DNA of 64,000 nt from Rhodospirillaceae bacterium (lineage in GTDB: Bacteria > Pseudomonadota > Alphaproteobacteria > UBA828): positions 76,563 through 140,562 of the forward strand of contig PBDG01000009.1 of assembly GCA_002717225.1 (NCBI GenBank), in the 5' to 3' direction. Below the pieces are notes generated by a model. That model ran no database searches and was not told where the DNA came from. It worked only from the letters and a program-made list of their open reading frames with translations. Of the stretch, positions 40,401 through 49,507 are shown one piece after another (positions within the stretch are counted from its first letter, which is position 1; each line of letters starts with the position of its first letter). Made by a program: the position numbers and the translations under genes.

Positions 40401-41086
40401 AAAAGGTCATGCGCTTTAGCGGTGAGTTCAGCTGCACGTGCGCTGCTTTGGCCAAAAGACTTAAGCGTGCCAAGACCCTGCACCGAATCAAGAAATTCTG
40501 CACCATAGACGGAATATGAGCGTTGCCGTGCCTGGGCGGCAGCACGGTCAAAACGGTGGAAAGCAGCGGGCGCAATTAGCGTGAAAACGGCGAAACCGAA
40601 CATTGCGCCAGCGAGCGATAGATCTAAAAATGCCATAAAAATAAAGATGCCAATGGGTGTCAGAGCGGCGACGCAAAGCTGCGGTAGATACTGGCCAAAA
40701 TAAGTCTCGAGTTGTTCAACCCCGTCAATCAAGGTAAGGAGAGTAGACCCGGTACGCTTACGCCCAAAAAAGGCTGGGCCAAGGGCAATGACGTGCTCAT
40801 AAAGCCTGCGACGGAGCTCAACCTGCACCGTCGCAGCGGTGCGATGAGCCATCATGTTACGGGCATATTCCAACAATCCGCGTAACACCATCACGGCAGC
40901 TGTGAGCGCGAAAGGTAGGATCAGTTCGCCGATTGGCTGACCGACAAAGACCTTGCTGAGTAGCCAACCCAACAGCGCCAATCGAGCCACTCCTGAAGCC
41001 GCTGCCAGCAGGCCAAGAGCGACGGATGCAGCGATGCGTAGGCGCACGCCCTTAGTGAAGGTCCAGAGCCGGTGGTCGAGATACAT
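37469..41086 (-). CDS. full-length fused ABC exporter (TMD-NBD-TMD-NBD), CydDC-like
   Basis: Two NBDs (GPSGCGKS, GPSGAGKT; LSGGQRQR twice); CydD-like LETYFGQYLPQ and CydC-like AHDMAFRLL..MR segments. Confidence 0.85.
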   Translation of the reverse strand: MYLDHRLWTFTKGVRLRIAASVALGLLAAASGVARLALLGWLLSKVFVGQPIGELILPFALTAAVMVLRGLLEYARNMMAHRTAATVQVELRRRLYEHVIALGPAFFGRKRTGSTLLTLIDGVEQLETYFGQYLPQLCVAALTPIGIFIFMAFLDLSLAGAMFGFAVFTLIAPAAFHRFDRAAAQARQRSYSVYGAEFLDSVQGLGTLKSFGQSSARAAELTAKAHDLFRRTMWVLATNSLSRGITDGGIAIGAALALSIGAWRVVDGEIDIGVLLIVLMMGIELFRPMRDLRILLHQGMLGQSAAEGLFALLGEKPLVCDTPNALLPKGGLEASLRFEGVCFSYPGGRKPAHRDLSFEIKAGERIGIVGPSGCGKSSIVRLALRLYEPENGRVFLGGKDLRDLSFAQIREHFAVVHQDTYLFHGTAEENIRFGKPDATDEEIEAATRAANAHDFILRLPQGYKTVIGERGVRLSGGQRQRIAIARALLRDAPFLVLDEALSAVDAENEAVIQQALDRLMHGRTVLILAHRLSSVIDADRILVLYEGALVEEGSHQSLMKKSGVYARLMSGQVEEAVSGVNKIKNVTTVNVAPDATASPLEDMQLDRLQPSDEILRAGEMGWWRAAGLLLHLVHPVRKRVGLAFLLGVARVVALIGVGVLSAFVVAAVRNGEQFGDLLIALYALAPFAGILHWLESWVAHDMAFRLLTQMRIALFAKLDALAPAYLLRRRSGDLVAMATQDIENVEFFFAHTVAPAFVAVLVPAAVVAVVLFFGWPMAIALVPFLALIALSPFLMRKRVDRLASGASEAQGALNAHMVDTLQGLAEIMAFRQEARRGKQLIDLVRRHHSLRLPFFSDLTVQTALVETVTGLGGLAVVITGASLVNSGDLDRTMLPLLTLLAMAAFLPVSEIANIGRQLADTLGGTRRLHGVHSERVTVTDGRAIAPEAHSGSAALDLNNVSFTYPGIRDPALHNVSLSLSAGSTLALVGPSGAGKTTLAHLLMRFWDPDEGVVNLNGRDLKEWRLDDLRGRIALVAQDTYLFNDTIRGNILIARPEASPTEVDAAIRRAALEDFTAALPDGLDTEVGERGTRLSGGQRQRIAIARAFLKDAPILILDEATSHLDALNEQAVRHALDELMVDRTTVVIAHRLSTVRDADQIVVMEDGKVREAGDHASLLARGGLYATLVARQLAVDVNSKVESANR

Positions 41087-41136
41087 ATTTTTATCTATTT
41101 CTAGCTATAAGGTGCCGCACAGCCGGCCCGGATAGC

Positions 41137-41700
41137 TCAGAGCTTACGATTGAGAGGAATGTGCGGTGCCGCATCGCGCCGCAGAATGCCAATCTCGCGC
41201 GGATCTTCTGCTTCGAGCACTTCGCTCCGCGTCTTGACAAAGCCGTGGTGATGATAGAAACCAAGCGCCCCAGGGTGATCGAGATCGCAGGTATCCAGTG
41301 TGATGCGTTTCAGCCCAGGGCGCCAAGCGGCAAAGATCAACGCTCGCATCATATAACCGCCGAGACCACAGCCGATAAAGTCGGGCATCAAGCCAAAATA
41401 GCGAATGGCCCGAGCATCTTCGGCACTCTTATAGTGTTCTACAAAACCGGCAAATTTGCCAGCCACTCGAAGAAAGTGAAACTCCGTGCCAGCATCCTCG
41501 ATCGACTGCCGTAGCTCATCGTCGTCGAGCACGACACGCTCCCACCACAGCCAGTCCTCGCCCACCTGCAGCACCTTCTTTCGGTAAGTTGAGACGGAGA
41601 TTCCGGTTTCCTGAGTAAAGCTCGTTTTCGCGGGTGCAGAAAGTGCTCTATTATCAGGCGGTTCAGTTCGCTCCATATATGTAACGCGCCAGCTCAACAT
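41137..41700 (-). CDS. GNAT family N-acetyltransferase
   Basis: YFGLMPDFIGCGLG acetyl-CoA loop, TCDLDHPGALGFY..GF. Confidence 0.85.
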   Translation of the reverse strand: MLSWRVTYMERTEPPDNRALSAPAKTSFTQETGISVSTYRKKVLQVGEDWLWWERVVLDDDELRQSIEDAGTEFHFLRVAGKFAGFVEHYKSAEDARAIRYFGLMPDFIGCGLGGYMMRALIFAAWRPGLKRITLDTCDLDHPGALGFYHHHGFVKTRSEVLEAEDPREIGILRRDAAPHIPLNRKL

Positions 41701-41722
41701 AAATTCTATCCTTCCGACCGCG

Positions 41723-42490
41723 CTAAATTCCCAGAGAAAAACCCTCGTCTAGCACGACAAGTGCGCCATGCATGGCGCGACTGTCGTCGCTGGCGAGATA
41801 AAGCGCGGCGCGCGCCATGTCGATGGCATCAGAATATGTCCGGCCGCTTGGCGTGGACGCAGCCATCGCGTCATACATCGGCCGTAATTCAGGATCGGTG
41901 CGAATATCTTCGTTCATCGGTGTCGCTGTGTTACCGGGTAGAATCGCATTTACCCTTATCCCTTTCGGCGCGAGCTCCTGAGCGAAGGCGCGCGTCATAA
42001 AGTTTACTCCGGCTTTAGCGCTGCAATAGGCAGAGTATCCACCGAGTGCCATGACTCCGGCCACAGAAGACAGGTTTATGATGCGGCCACCGCCTTGTGC
42101 AATCATGATGGGCGCCACTTCCTGAACGCAAAAAAACAAGCCTTTCATGTTAATGTCCATCAGGCGATCGTAATCGACTTCCGATGTTTCACCTACTGGC
42201 GTCGGATAGAATACCCCGGCTGAATTGACGAGAATGTTGATGCTGCCAAAATCCGACTTTACCGCCGCCACAACTTTGGAAACCTCTGACACCTTGCTGA
42301 GATCGCCGACATATGGCTTAGCATGACCGCCCGCCGCTTTAATGCGTGCGACCACTGACTCCGCCTTGGACATATCCGAACTTCCCACTACCGCCACTTG
42401 AGCGCCTTCCTCTGCAAACAAGCCGGCACAGGCCTCACCGATGCCAGAGGTGCCACCGGTAATTAGTGCTACATTTCCATCCAACTTCAT
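41723..42490 (-). CDS. SDR family oxidoreductase
   Basis: TGGTSGIG, NSAG, YCSAK catalytic motif, NAILPG. Confidence 0.93.
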   Translation of the reverse strand: MKLDGNVALITGGTSGIGEACAGLFAEEGAQVAVVGSSDMSKAESVVARIKAAGGHAKPYVGDLSKVSEVSKVVAAVKSDFGSINILVNSAGVFYPTPVGETSEVDYDRLMDINMKGLFFCVQEVAPIMIAQGGGRIINLSSVAGVMALGGYSAYCSAKAGVNFMTRAFAQELAPKGIRVNAILPGNTATPMNEDIRTDPELRPMYDAMAASTPSGRTYSDAIDMARAALYLASDDSRAMHGALVVLDEGFSLGI

Positions 42491-42527
42491 TTAGCTCTCC
42501 CGAAACTCAGTTTAAATAAACTTACCA

Positions 42528-43340
42528 TTAATCGCCTTTCACTGTCGCAATCACCTTGTCTGCAAAAGTTAATAGGTCGTCACCTTCAATGATTCCAGCT
42601 GCGTGGGCACGGGCGTTGGTATGCGAGATAACGCCCGTTTTCCAGGTAGAGCGCGAATCGCCGATGCGAGCACTCATTGCTGCCACTGTAGCAGCGATCA
42701 CCTCTTCACGGTCGAGTGCCGACAGGCGTGAGAATCCGCTATTATCCGCTGAGCCGCCAGCATCGTTAAAAATGACGGCGAGAGGTGGCCCTGGAATAGG
42801 TTCGTTTTTCAGGCTACCAAAACGCGCACCATGAGAGGCTGTGATCATCACCCTACCCTTGTCATCAGGCACGACGAGGGCGGTAGAATCGACGCCCCAC
42901 ACTTCGGGCTCTCCTTCACGTTTTCGGATGCGAAAGCGAGATTCACCGAATTCAGGCGCTGCGCCCTCCCATTGAAGGGCCTTGGCCATGCGTCTAGCTG
43001 CCTCGCGGCAAGTCATGCCGACGGCGCAACCAAGAGCCCCGGCGGCCTGGTTAACATGACTGAGAATGCCGCGCGCTAACTGATCCTCACCATCGGCGAT
43101 ACGCGCACTCATATGCTCCAGTGTTACCGCCGGCATGTTGATAGCGTCCAAGAAAGCGAGCCCACTGATACCGGCCGAGTCCTTGCCTATACCGGCGTTG
43201 TGCAGAACGACCGCACGTACGCCAGCCTTAGCCGCCAGATAGGCTGCATAAACTCCGCCGTGGGAACCGCCGATCACCACCTTGCCACGATGTTGGGGGC
43301 CGAGCACAGTCACGGTATCAACGCAAATCATCTCCGTCAT
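42528..43340 (-). CDS. hypothetical protein with internal duplication
   Basis: Two copies of D..(G/A)SHG..(HN/ND)AG...SARI(A/G)D; no functional family recognised. Confidence 0.75.
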   Translation of the reverse strand: MTEMICVDTVTVLGPQHRGKVVIGGSHGGVYAAYLAAKAGVRAVVLHNAGIGKDSAGISGLAFLDAINMPAVTLEHMSARIADGEDQLARGILSHVNQAAGALGCAVGMTCREAARRMAKALQWEGAAPEFGESRFRIRKREGEPEVWGVDSTALVVPDDKGRVMITASHGARFGSLKNEPIPGPPLAVIFNDAGGSADNSGFSRLSALDREEVIAATVAAMSARIGDSRSTWKTGVISHTNARAHAAGIIEGDDLLTFADKVIATVKGD

Positions 43341-43545
43341 GACGCCGATACCATATCTAGGATTAACCGAACTTGCTCACCACCACTTTGACCGGGAGTT
43401 CCAACACCAAAGGCCCTGTCACCTCCATCTTGAACCTCACGATTCAACTTTCCCTGTTGCACCCTAACTCTAGAGAAAGCGCATTATACGGTTTGAGACA
43501 GTCGACAAAAATTTGTGGCGGGCCACTGCGCGACGACACGCGCCT

Positions 43546-44250
43546 CTAGCCACCCATGCCGACGAACTCCCGTACCAAATCAGGGTCAGAAAGTTGATCG
43601 GGAGAGACTTCGTTAACCAGTTGACCGCGCTGGATTATGTGAACGCGCTGGCTAAGCGAGGCTATGAAATCAAGATTCTGCTCTACTAAAACGATGGTCA
43701 GATTCCGGCTCGTTCGGAGGCTGTGCAGTATTTCGATGATTTCTTCAACAATGGAGGGTTGAATACCTTCGGTTGGCTCATCGAGGAGCAGCAGACTGGG
43801 ACCACCGCAAAGACAGCGCGCGAGTGCAAGGATCTGCTGCTCACCGCCTGAGAGGACGCGGCCTGCACGATCCAGGAGCGGTTTTAGACGCGGGAACGTC
43901 TCCAGCACCTCTTCCAGAACTTTCTCTTCGTCTACCTTGTGCATCGCCATGGCGATCTTGAGATTGTCGACAACCGAAAGATTGGGAAAAATATCGCGCC
44001 CCTGCGGCACATAGCCCACACCGCTCAAGTTGCGTTTATAGGCAGGCATGCGAGTAATGTTTTGGCCATTCAATTCGATGGTACCATCGGTGGGGCGTAA
44101 AAGACCTATTAACGCCTTCAAAAGTGTCGTCTTGCCCATGCCATTATGACCAAGAATGCCGACGAACTCGCCCTCGGCAACATTGAGGTCAATGCCATGC
44201 AGGATTGGAATACGCCCGTAAGCGGTTTTTAGCCCGGAAACTGCGAGCAT
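43546..44250 (-). CDS. UrtE/LivF-type ABC ATP-binding protein
   Basis: GHNGMGKT, YVPQGR, LSGGEQQ, DEPTEGIQP. Confidence 0.9.
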   Translation of the reverse strand: MLAVSGLKTAYGRIPILHGIDLNVAEGEFVGILGHNGMGKTTLLKALIGLLRPTDGTIELNGQNITRMPAYKRNLSGVGYVPQGRDIFPNLSVVDNLKIAMAMHKVDEEKVLEEVLETFPRLKPLLDRAGRVLSGGEQQILALARCLCGGPSLLLLDEPTEGIQPSIVEEIIEILHSLRTSRNLTIVLVEQNLDFIASLSQRVHIIQRGQLVNEVSPDQLSDPDLVREFVGMGG

Positions 44251-44252
44251 AG

Positions 44253-44984
44253 TCAGGCGACCTCCCGCTTGCCCAGGTAAACGTCGCGCACATCCTGGTT
44301 CTTGAGCACGTTGTCCATCGTATCCTCTACCAGGATGGCGCCCTGGTTGAACACGGTGACCCTGTTGGCAATCGCCTTGATGAATTGCATGTCATGCTCG
44401 ACGACAATGAGTGAAGCGGTGCGGTTGATCTCACGAATCATCTCAGTTGTCCGGTGAACTTCTTCGTGGGTCATGCCGGCTGTCGGTTCGTCCAACAAAA
44501 TTAACTCCGGATCGCCGGTTAGCACGATGGCGAGTTCGACGCCTTGGCGCTCGCCATGAGCGAGTTGACCGACGAGGCGGTTAGCCACTCCGGTGAGGCC
44601 GATACGCTCGAGAATCTCATCGACCACCCGGTTGGATTCGCGATTGCTGTGATAGCGCCGCGCCGATAGCCAGATATTCTCTCGCACATCGAGGCCATCG
44701 AACACACTCGGCACCTGGGTCTTAATGCCGATACCTCGGCGCGCGATCTGATGGGTATGCGAGCCAGTAATATCATCGCCGCGGTAAATTACATGCCCTG
44801 ACGTCGGCTTGTATTGATGGGTAAGACAGCGAAAGAAGGTTGTCTTACCGGCTCCGTTGGGACCAATCAGGCACCGCAGTTCACCTTCAGCCATGCTGAA
44901 ATCAACATTGTCCACCGCTACCACGCCGCCAAACCGCATGGTAAGGCCGCGCGTCTCCAAAATGGGTCGCGCTGCATCAGTCAC
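44253..44984 (-). CDS. UrtD/LivG-type ABC ATP-binding protein
   Basis: GPNGAGKT, LAHGERQ, DEPTAG, VEHDM; in-frame GTG 44984 overlaps the upstream stop. Confidence 0.88.
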   Translation of the reverse strand: MTDAARPILETRGLTMRFGGVVAVDNVDFSMAEGELRCLIGPNGAGKTTFFRCLTHQYKPTSGHVIYRGDDITGSHTHQIARRGIGIKTQVPSVFDGLDVRENIWLSARRYHSNRESNRVVDEILERIGLTGVANRLVGQLAHGERQGVELAIVLTGDPELILLDEPTAGMTHEEVHRTTEMIREINRTASLIVVEHDMQFIKAIANRVTVFNQGAILVEDTMDNVLKNQDVRDVYLGKREVA

Positions 44985-46068
44985 CCGCGCGCCCCTCCCG
45001 AGCGCCATTTCTGGCACTATCGCCCCCCTCGTCTGTTGGTCGCGTCCAGGGTAAAAAACGTAGCGCTAGCATTTGCGCCGTGGGTTGAAGACCCTGTGGT
45101 ACGGCAAGCACGAAGAGGAGGATGATGCCGCCGAATACGAGGTAGGTGTTCAACCAGCCCGCGAAATTCTGCGTGCCCAACCAATTGTAGAGCATGAGGA
45201 GAGCAAGCGAGCCCAACATTGGTCCGATTAACGTACCAACGCCGCCGATCAGCACCCACATGATGATCTGCGCGGCAAGCGCAAGAGCAAATTTATCGGG
45301 ATTGACAAAATTGTTGAAGGTCACCAGCAAGAAGCCGGCCAGCCCAGCGATGCCGCCGCCGATGGTAAAGGTGATCATCTTGTAGAAGCGAACGTCGTAG
45401 CCAAGCAACTCGGCGCGTGTTTCATTTTCCTTGATAGCGACGATCACCCTGCCGAAATGGGTGCGCAACAGAAATCGCAGACCAAAATAGACCAGAATAA
45501 GTAGTGCCATAGCCACATAAAATTTGTCGTCAGGCCACAAGAGAGAGTCAGGAAAGCCAGGCCAGTTGGGGTCGGGTATCGAGGAAATGCCGTTGAAGCC
45601 CATTAGGCGTGCTTTGCCAATCACCCATTCTTCCCCCGAGGTCGAACGGATGAAGGCATATAGAATGAGCGTGACTGCAAGTGTGACCACGGCGAGATAA
45701 ACATCGTTCAATCGGCCATAGAACATGAAATAGCCAAGCAGCATGGCAAACGCCGCCGGTATAAAGATTGCGAGCAATATGGGAACGGTGCTTTCTCCCA
45801 TATTGATCACTCCAATTGCGTAGACATAGCCACCAAGACCGAAAAAGGCTGACTGGCCGAAACAGAGAATCCCGCCGAAGCCCCAGATAAAGGCAAGCGA
45901 GAGCGCCAACATGGCCATGGCGATGAAGAGAATCACCTTCAACAGTGTGAAGAGATCGAAAATTGTCGGCCCAAGAAACAGGAGCGCCAACATTATTGCA
46001 CCAGTGACCATCAAGCCGCGGGTGTTCCAGCTGTTGAAGTCAAACGTCTTCAGCATCGAATTGAACAT
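44977..46068 (-). CDS. UrtC/LivM-type ABC permease
   Basis: WGFGGILCFGQSAFFGLG, GFNGI, AIKENE.RA..LG, GGVGTL.GP. Confidence 0.88.
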   Translation of the reverse strand: MFNSMLKTFDFNSWNTRGLMVTGAIMLALLFLGPTIFDLFTLLKVILFIAMAMLALSLAFIWGFGGILCFGQSAFFGLGGYVYAIGVINMGESTVPILLAIFIPAAFAMLLGYFMFYGRLNDVYLAVVTLAVTLILYAFIRSTSGEEWVIGKARLMGFNGISSIPDPNWPGFPDSLLWPDDKFYVAMALLILVYFGLRFLLRTHFGRVIVAIKENETRAELLGYDVRFYKMITFTIGGGIAGLAGFLLVTFNNFVNPDKFALALAAQIIMWVLIGGVGTLIGPMLGSLALLMLYNWLGTQNFAGWLNTYLVFGGIILLFVLAVPQGLQPTAQMLALRFLPWTRPTDEGGDSARNGAREGRAGD

Positions 46069-46934
46069 CAGAGCGACCTGCGGAAAATTTTTCCAGTAAT
46101 GCCCTGCGGCAAGATGCGCAGCAACAATACCGCGACGATGAGGAGCGCGACACCGCCGATAATCGGTGTAGTCTCATAGGTAACGAGCTGGCGCACCGTA
46201 CCGAACACACCGGAAGCAACGATAGTACCAGTAATAGCTCCAGTGCCGGCAGTGATCACCGTGATAAATGCCTGGGCAACATAAGTGAAGCCAACGGTCG
46301 GGATAATCTGCGAGATCGGCGCCAAAAGACCACCGGCCAAACCAGTAAGCGCAGCGCCAATGCCAAAAGTCACCATGTAGACCTTGGGCGGGCTGATTCC
46401 GAGAGCCGCCGCCTGATCGGCATTCTGCATAGTGCCACGTGCAATCAGCCCGAGCTTGGTACGGGTGAAGGCGAGATAAATTCCCGCGAAAAGAATTACA
46501 GTCAGGCCGATCAGCACCAGCCGGTATACAGAAAGCTGATATTGGCCGATGCTAAAATTGCCCATCGGCGCCGAAACACCGGTGATGTAATTGCCAAAAA
46601 TGGAGGTAACTATACCGATCAAGAGAAGGCTCAAACCCCAGGTGGCAATCAGCGTGTCAACCAAGCGGCCGTAAAAGAAGCGGATCAAAAAGCGTTCCGC
46701 AAGAATGCCGATAACGCCAACAACAAGAGGCGACAGGATCAGCATAGAGACCCATATATTCACGCCAGCATTTGTGGCAACCACCGTGGTATAGCCACCA
46801 AGCATCATGAATTCGCCATGCGCGAAATTGATTACGCGCATCATGCCGAAAATGATCGCCAGCCCAGCGCATGTAAGCGCCAGGCTGGAAATCCCGTTCA
46901 GCACTTCGATTATGAGAAGTGCGGCCGTATCCAC
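46068..46934 (-). CDS. UrtB/LivH-type ABC permease
   Basis: GLAIIFGMMRVINFAHGEF, LIATWG, PQG; GTG start. Confidence 0.88.
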   Translation of the reverse strand: MDTAALLIIEVLNGISSLALTCAGLAIIFGMMRVINFAHGEFMMLGGYTTVVATNAGVNIWVSMLILSPLVVGVIGILAERFLIRFFYGRLVDTLIATWGLSLLLIGIVTSIFGNYITGVSAPMGNFSIGQYQLSVYRLVLIGLTVILFAGIYLAFTRTKLGLIARGTMQNADQAAALGISPPKVYMVTFGIGAALTGLAGGLLAPISQIIPTVGFTYVAQAFITVITAGTGAITGTIVASGVFGTVRQLVTYETTPIIGGVALLIVAVLLLRILPQGITGKIFRRSL

Positions 46935-46980
46935 GGCTGAACCTTTAGGGCTTCCTGTTTGAGGTTATGCTGTTCCGCTT

Positions 46981-48219
46981 TTATAGAATGGGCTCAAGAT
47001 GCGCATCCATATCGGGCGTCTTGGTCAGATCACAGCGATCAACCACGTCGCTAGGATAAAGCTGACTGTAACTGTCAAAAATCTTCCAGCTTTGATTCTG
47101 GCACTCAGCTACATGCATATCCTGGATGACATGATTTGTTACCGGGTCAACGACCATGTGGCCCGCTGGGCCATCCCAAGCGATATCGCCGCTGCGAAGC
47201 GCATCCATCACTGCTTGACGCTCGTGCGTACCTGCCTTCTTGACACCCTCAGCCCACAGCATGGTTCCAAGATAGCCGCCGATACCAACCGCGTTGAGGT
47301 ACGGCGCATCGGAGCCAAAACGCTTATGATAGCGCGCTACGAAATCCTTATTGGCTGGCAGGTCGATTTCCTGAAAGTAAGGCTGAGCGCTGACGATGCC
47401 GTTACTCTCTTCTGGCTGAAGCTGCATATGTTCATTGCCAACGCCGAATGTGCAAGAAACGATCGGAATTTTGTTGAGCATTCCGGCCGCTGCCCACTGG
47501 CGGTAGAAACCCATGTGTGCTGCGCCCACAAGGCAGGTTGCGAGCCAATCAGGCTTGGCCTCCTGAATCTTGGCAATCGCCGGACCGAATTCGGTAACAT
47601 CGAGCGGGAAGTGATCACGCTGCAGTACTTCGCCGCCAAGGTCTCCAGAGAATTTCTGCAGCCATTTGCCAATGATTTGCGGCGCGTTATAGTCAGCCCC
47701 GATGTAATAGGCCTTCTTACCGCGATTATTGAAACCGAACTCCGCCGTAGGCTTCACCCACTGCACGGCGCCCACGCCCGAAACGAAATTGTTGATATCG
47801 CAAACGCCGCCTTCATAAATGACACTGTACCAGAGGAGGGTTTTGTAGCGCCGGAGTATTGGGCGAATGACTTCGCGCGACGCACTGGTGATAGCACCGT
47901 GTACAAGATCAACCCGCTCTTTGAGAGCCGCTTCCTGAGCATATTGTGCGTAAAGCTCCATGCTCGACTGCGGGTCATATTTGATCAATCTAATTTTCTT
48001 GCCATTTAGGCCGCCGGCAGCGTTGATTTCCTCAACCGCAAGCTCGCAGGTCATAGTCATCGGTGTACCGTAAATATCGAGACCACCTGATTGGTCAAAC
48101 AGCGAGGCAATTACGATCTCGTCATCCGCCTTACTCTTATAAGGCAAGATGCTGGCGGCAAAAGCGGTGCCAAGACCAGCACCCGCGCCCTTTAAAACAG
48201 TTCTGCGTGAAAGTTTCAT
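46981..48219 (-). CDS. UrtA/FmdD/AmiC-family amide-binding periplasmic protein
   Basis: Tat signal SRRTVLK; EINAAGG, TSASRE, YEGG, GADY motifs. Confidence 0.85.
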   Translation of the reverse strand: MKLSRRTVLKGAGAGLGTAFAASILPYKSKADDEIVIASLFDQSGGLDIYGTPMTMTCELAVEEINAAGGLNGKKIRLIKYDPQSSMELYAQYAQEAALKERVDLVHGAITSASREVIRPILRRYKTLLWYSVIYEGGVCDINNFVSGVGAVQWVKPTAEFGFNNRGKKAYYIGADYNAPQIIGKWLQKFSGDLGGEVLQRDHFPLDVTEFGPAIAKIQEAKPDWLATCLVGAAHMGFYRQWAAAGMLNKIPIVSCTFGVGNEHMQLQPEESNGIVSAQPYFQEIDLPANKDFVARYHKRFGSDAPYLNAVGIGGYLGTMLWAEGVKKAGTHERQAVMDALRSGDIAWDGPAGHMVVDPVTNHVIQDMHVAECQNQSWKIFDSYSQLYPSDVVDRCDLTKTPDMDAHLEPIL

Positions 48220-48493
48220 TATTCGGCTACCTCCCTGATGAGCCTGTTCCGGTCAATGTATCAAGTTACCTAAACAAATTATTGGCGCATATTATGACTA
48301 TCATCCAATGGCACGCACGCAATATTTTTCTTATCAAGCAAAATCTTCCTTTGTGACTATTCTATTTGCCCCCACAAAACCATATCTATTCCCACCCGCC
48401 AATCCATATTTTCTTAAAAAATGCTGTCCCGGCAAGCTCTTTACGGGTACCAACCTCGGTTCTACTCCGTTTTATATGATCTGTAGAGGAGCG

Positions 48494-49507
48494 ATGGAAT
48501 ATCTTTTCGGCGACCCACCGGACCCAGGCGCGGTAAAAGAGATTGCCCCTGGCCTCCAGTGGCTGCGCATGCCACTCCCAATGGCACTCGATCATATTAA
48601 TCTCTGGCTAATCGAGGATGGTTCGGGCTGGACCTTAATTGACACCGGCCTATACAGCGGTTTGTCTCAAAAACTTTGGCGCAATGTGCTCAACAATCTC
48701 CTCGGCGGGCGGCCTCTGACACGGGTAATCTGCACCCATTTTCACCCCGATCACGTTGGGATGGCGGGCTGGCTTGTGGAAGAGACCGGCGCAGAATTTT
48801 GGATGGCGCGTGAGGAATGGCTTTACGCCAGAGTTCTGGCAATAGATACGGGCGAACACTTTACCGATGCCATGGTGGCGCATTACCACCGCGCCGGAGG
48901 TAGCCCGGAATATCTTGCCAAGCTTCGTGAACGAGGAGCATTTTTCTCGGGCATCGTCTCGGAAGTGCCCCGCAGCATTCAGCGTATTCGCGACGGCGAC
49001 GCATTCAAGATCGGTGGGAAGCAGTGGCACGTAGTAGTTGGCAACGGCCACGCCCCGGAGCACACTTGTCTGCTTTCGAGAGAACTCGGTTTATTTATTT
49101 CGGGCGATATAGTCTTGCCACGCATTTCACCACACATTGGCGTCTATGCGGACGAGCCCGACGGCAATCCACTGAGGGACTATTTAGAGACTCTGGAAAA
49201 ATTTCACGCGTTGCCGGACGATGCTATCGTCTTGCCATCGCATAACGAGCCTTTCCGCGGCCTGCACAAGCGTCTCAGCGAACTGCAACAGCATCATGCC
49301 GAGCGGCTCAAAGAATTTTCTCACGCCTGCGTCACGCCAGCGACCGCCCTCGACGTTGCGAAACAGGTGTTCGCACGGCGCCTAGATTCGGCGCAACTCG
49401 GCTTCGCCATCGCTGAGACAGTCGCGCACCTCAATTACCTGATTGCTGACGAGCAGATCAAACGCCGAACCAATGAAGATGGCGTCTATCTCTACCAAAA
49501 AATCTAA
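48494..49507 (+). CDS. MBL-fold metallo-hydrolase
   Basis: DHINLW, IDTG, THFHPDH, GHAPEH, SGD, PSH; GAGGAG RBS before ATG 48494. Confidence 0.9.
   Translation: MEYLFGDPPDPGAVKEIAPGLQWLRMPLPMALDHINLWLIEDGSGWTLIDTGLYSGLSQKLWRNVLNNLLGGRPLTRVICTHFHPDHVGMAGWLVEETGAEFWMAREEWLYARVLAIDTGEHFTDAMVAHYHRAGGSPEYLAKLRERGAFFSGIVSEVPRSIQRIRDGDAFKIGGKQWHVVVGNGHAPEHTCLLSRELGLFISGDIVLPRISPHIGVYADEPDGNPLRDYLETLEKFHALPDDAIVLPSHNEPFRGLHKRLSELQQHHAERLKEFSHACVTPATALDVAKQVFARRLDSAQLGFAIAETVAHLNYLIADEQIKRRTNEDGVYLYQKI

Noticed and set aside
46999..48009. 336-aa plus-strand ORF
   Set aside because: Lies wholly antisense to the amide-binding protein gene and has no recognisable motifs; treated as a shadow ORF.
48283..48325. 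TGGCGC/TGGCAC sigma54-like sites in the urtA-like/MBL spacer
   Set aside because: No correctly spaced -12 TTGC element.
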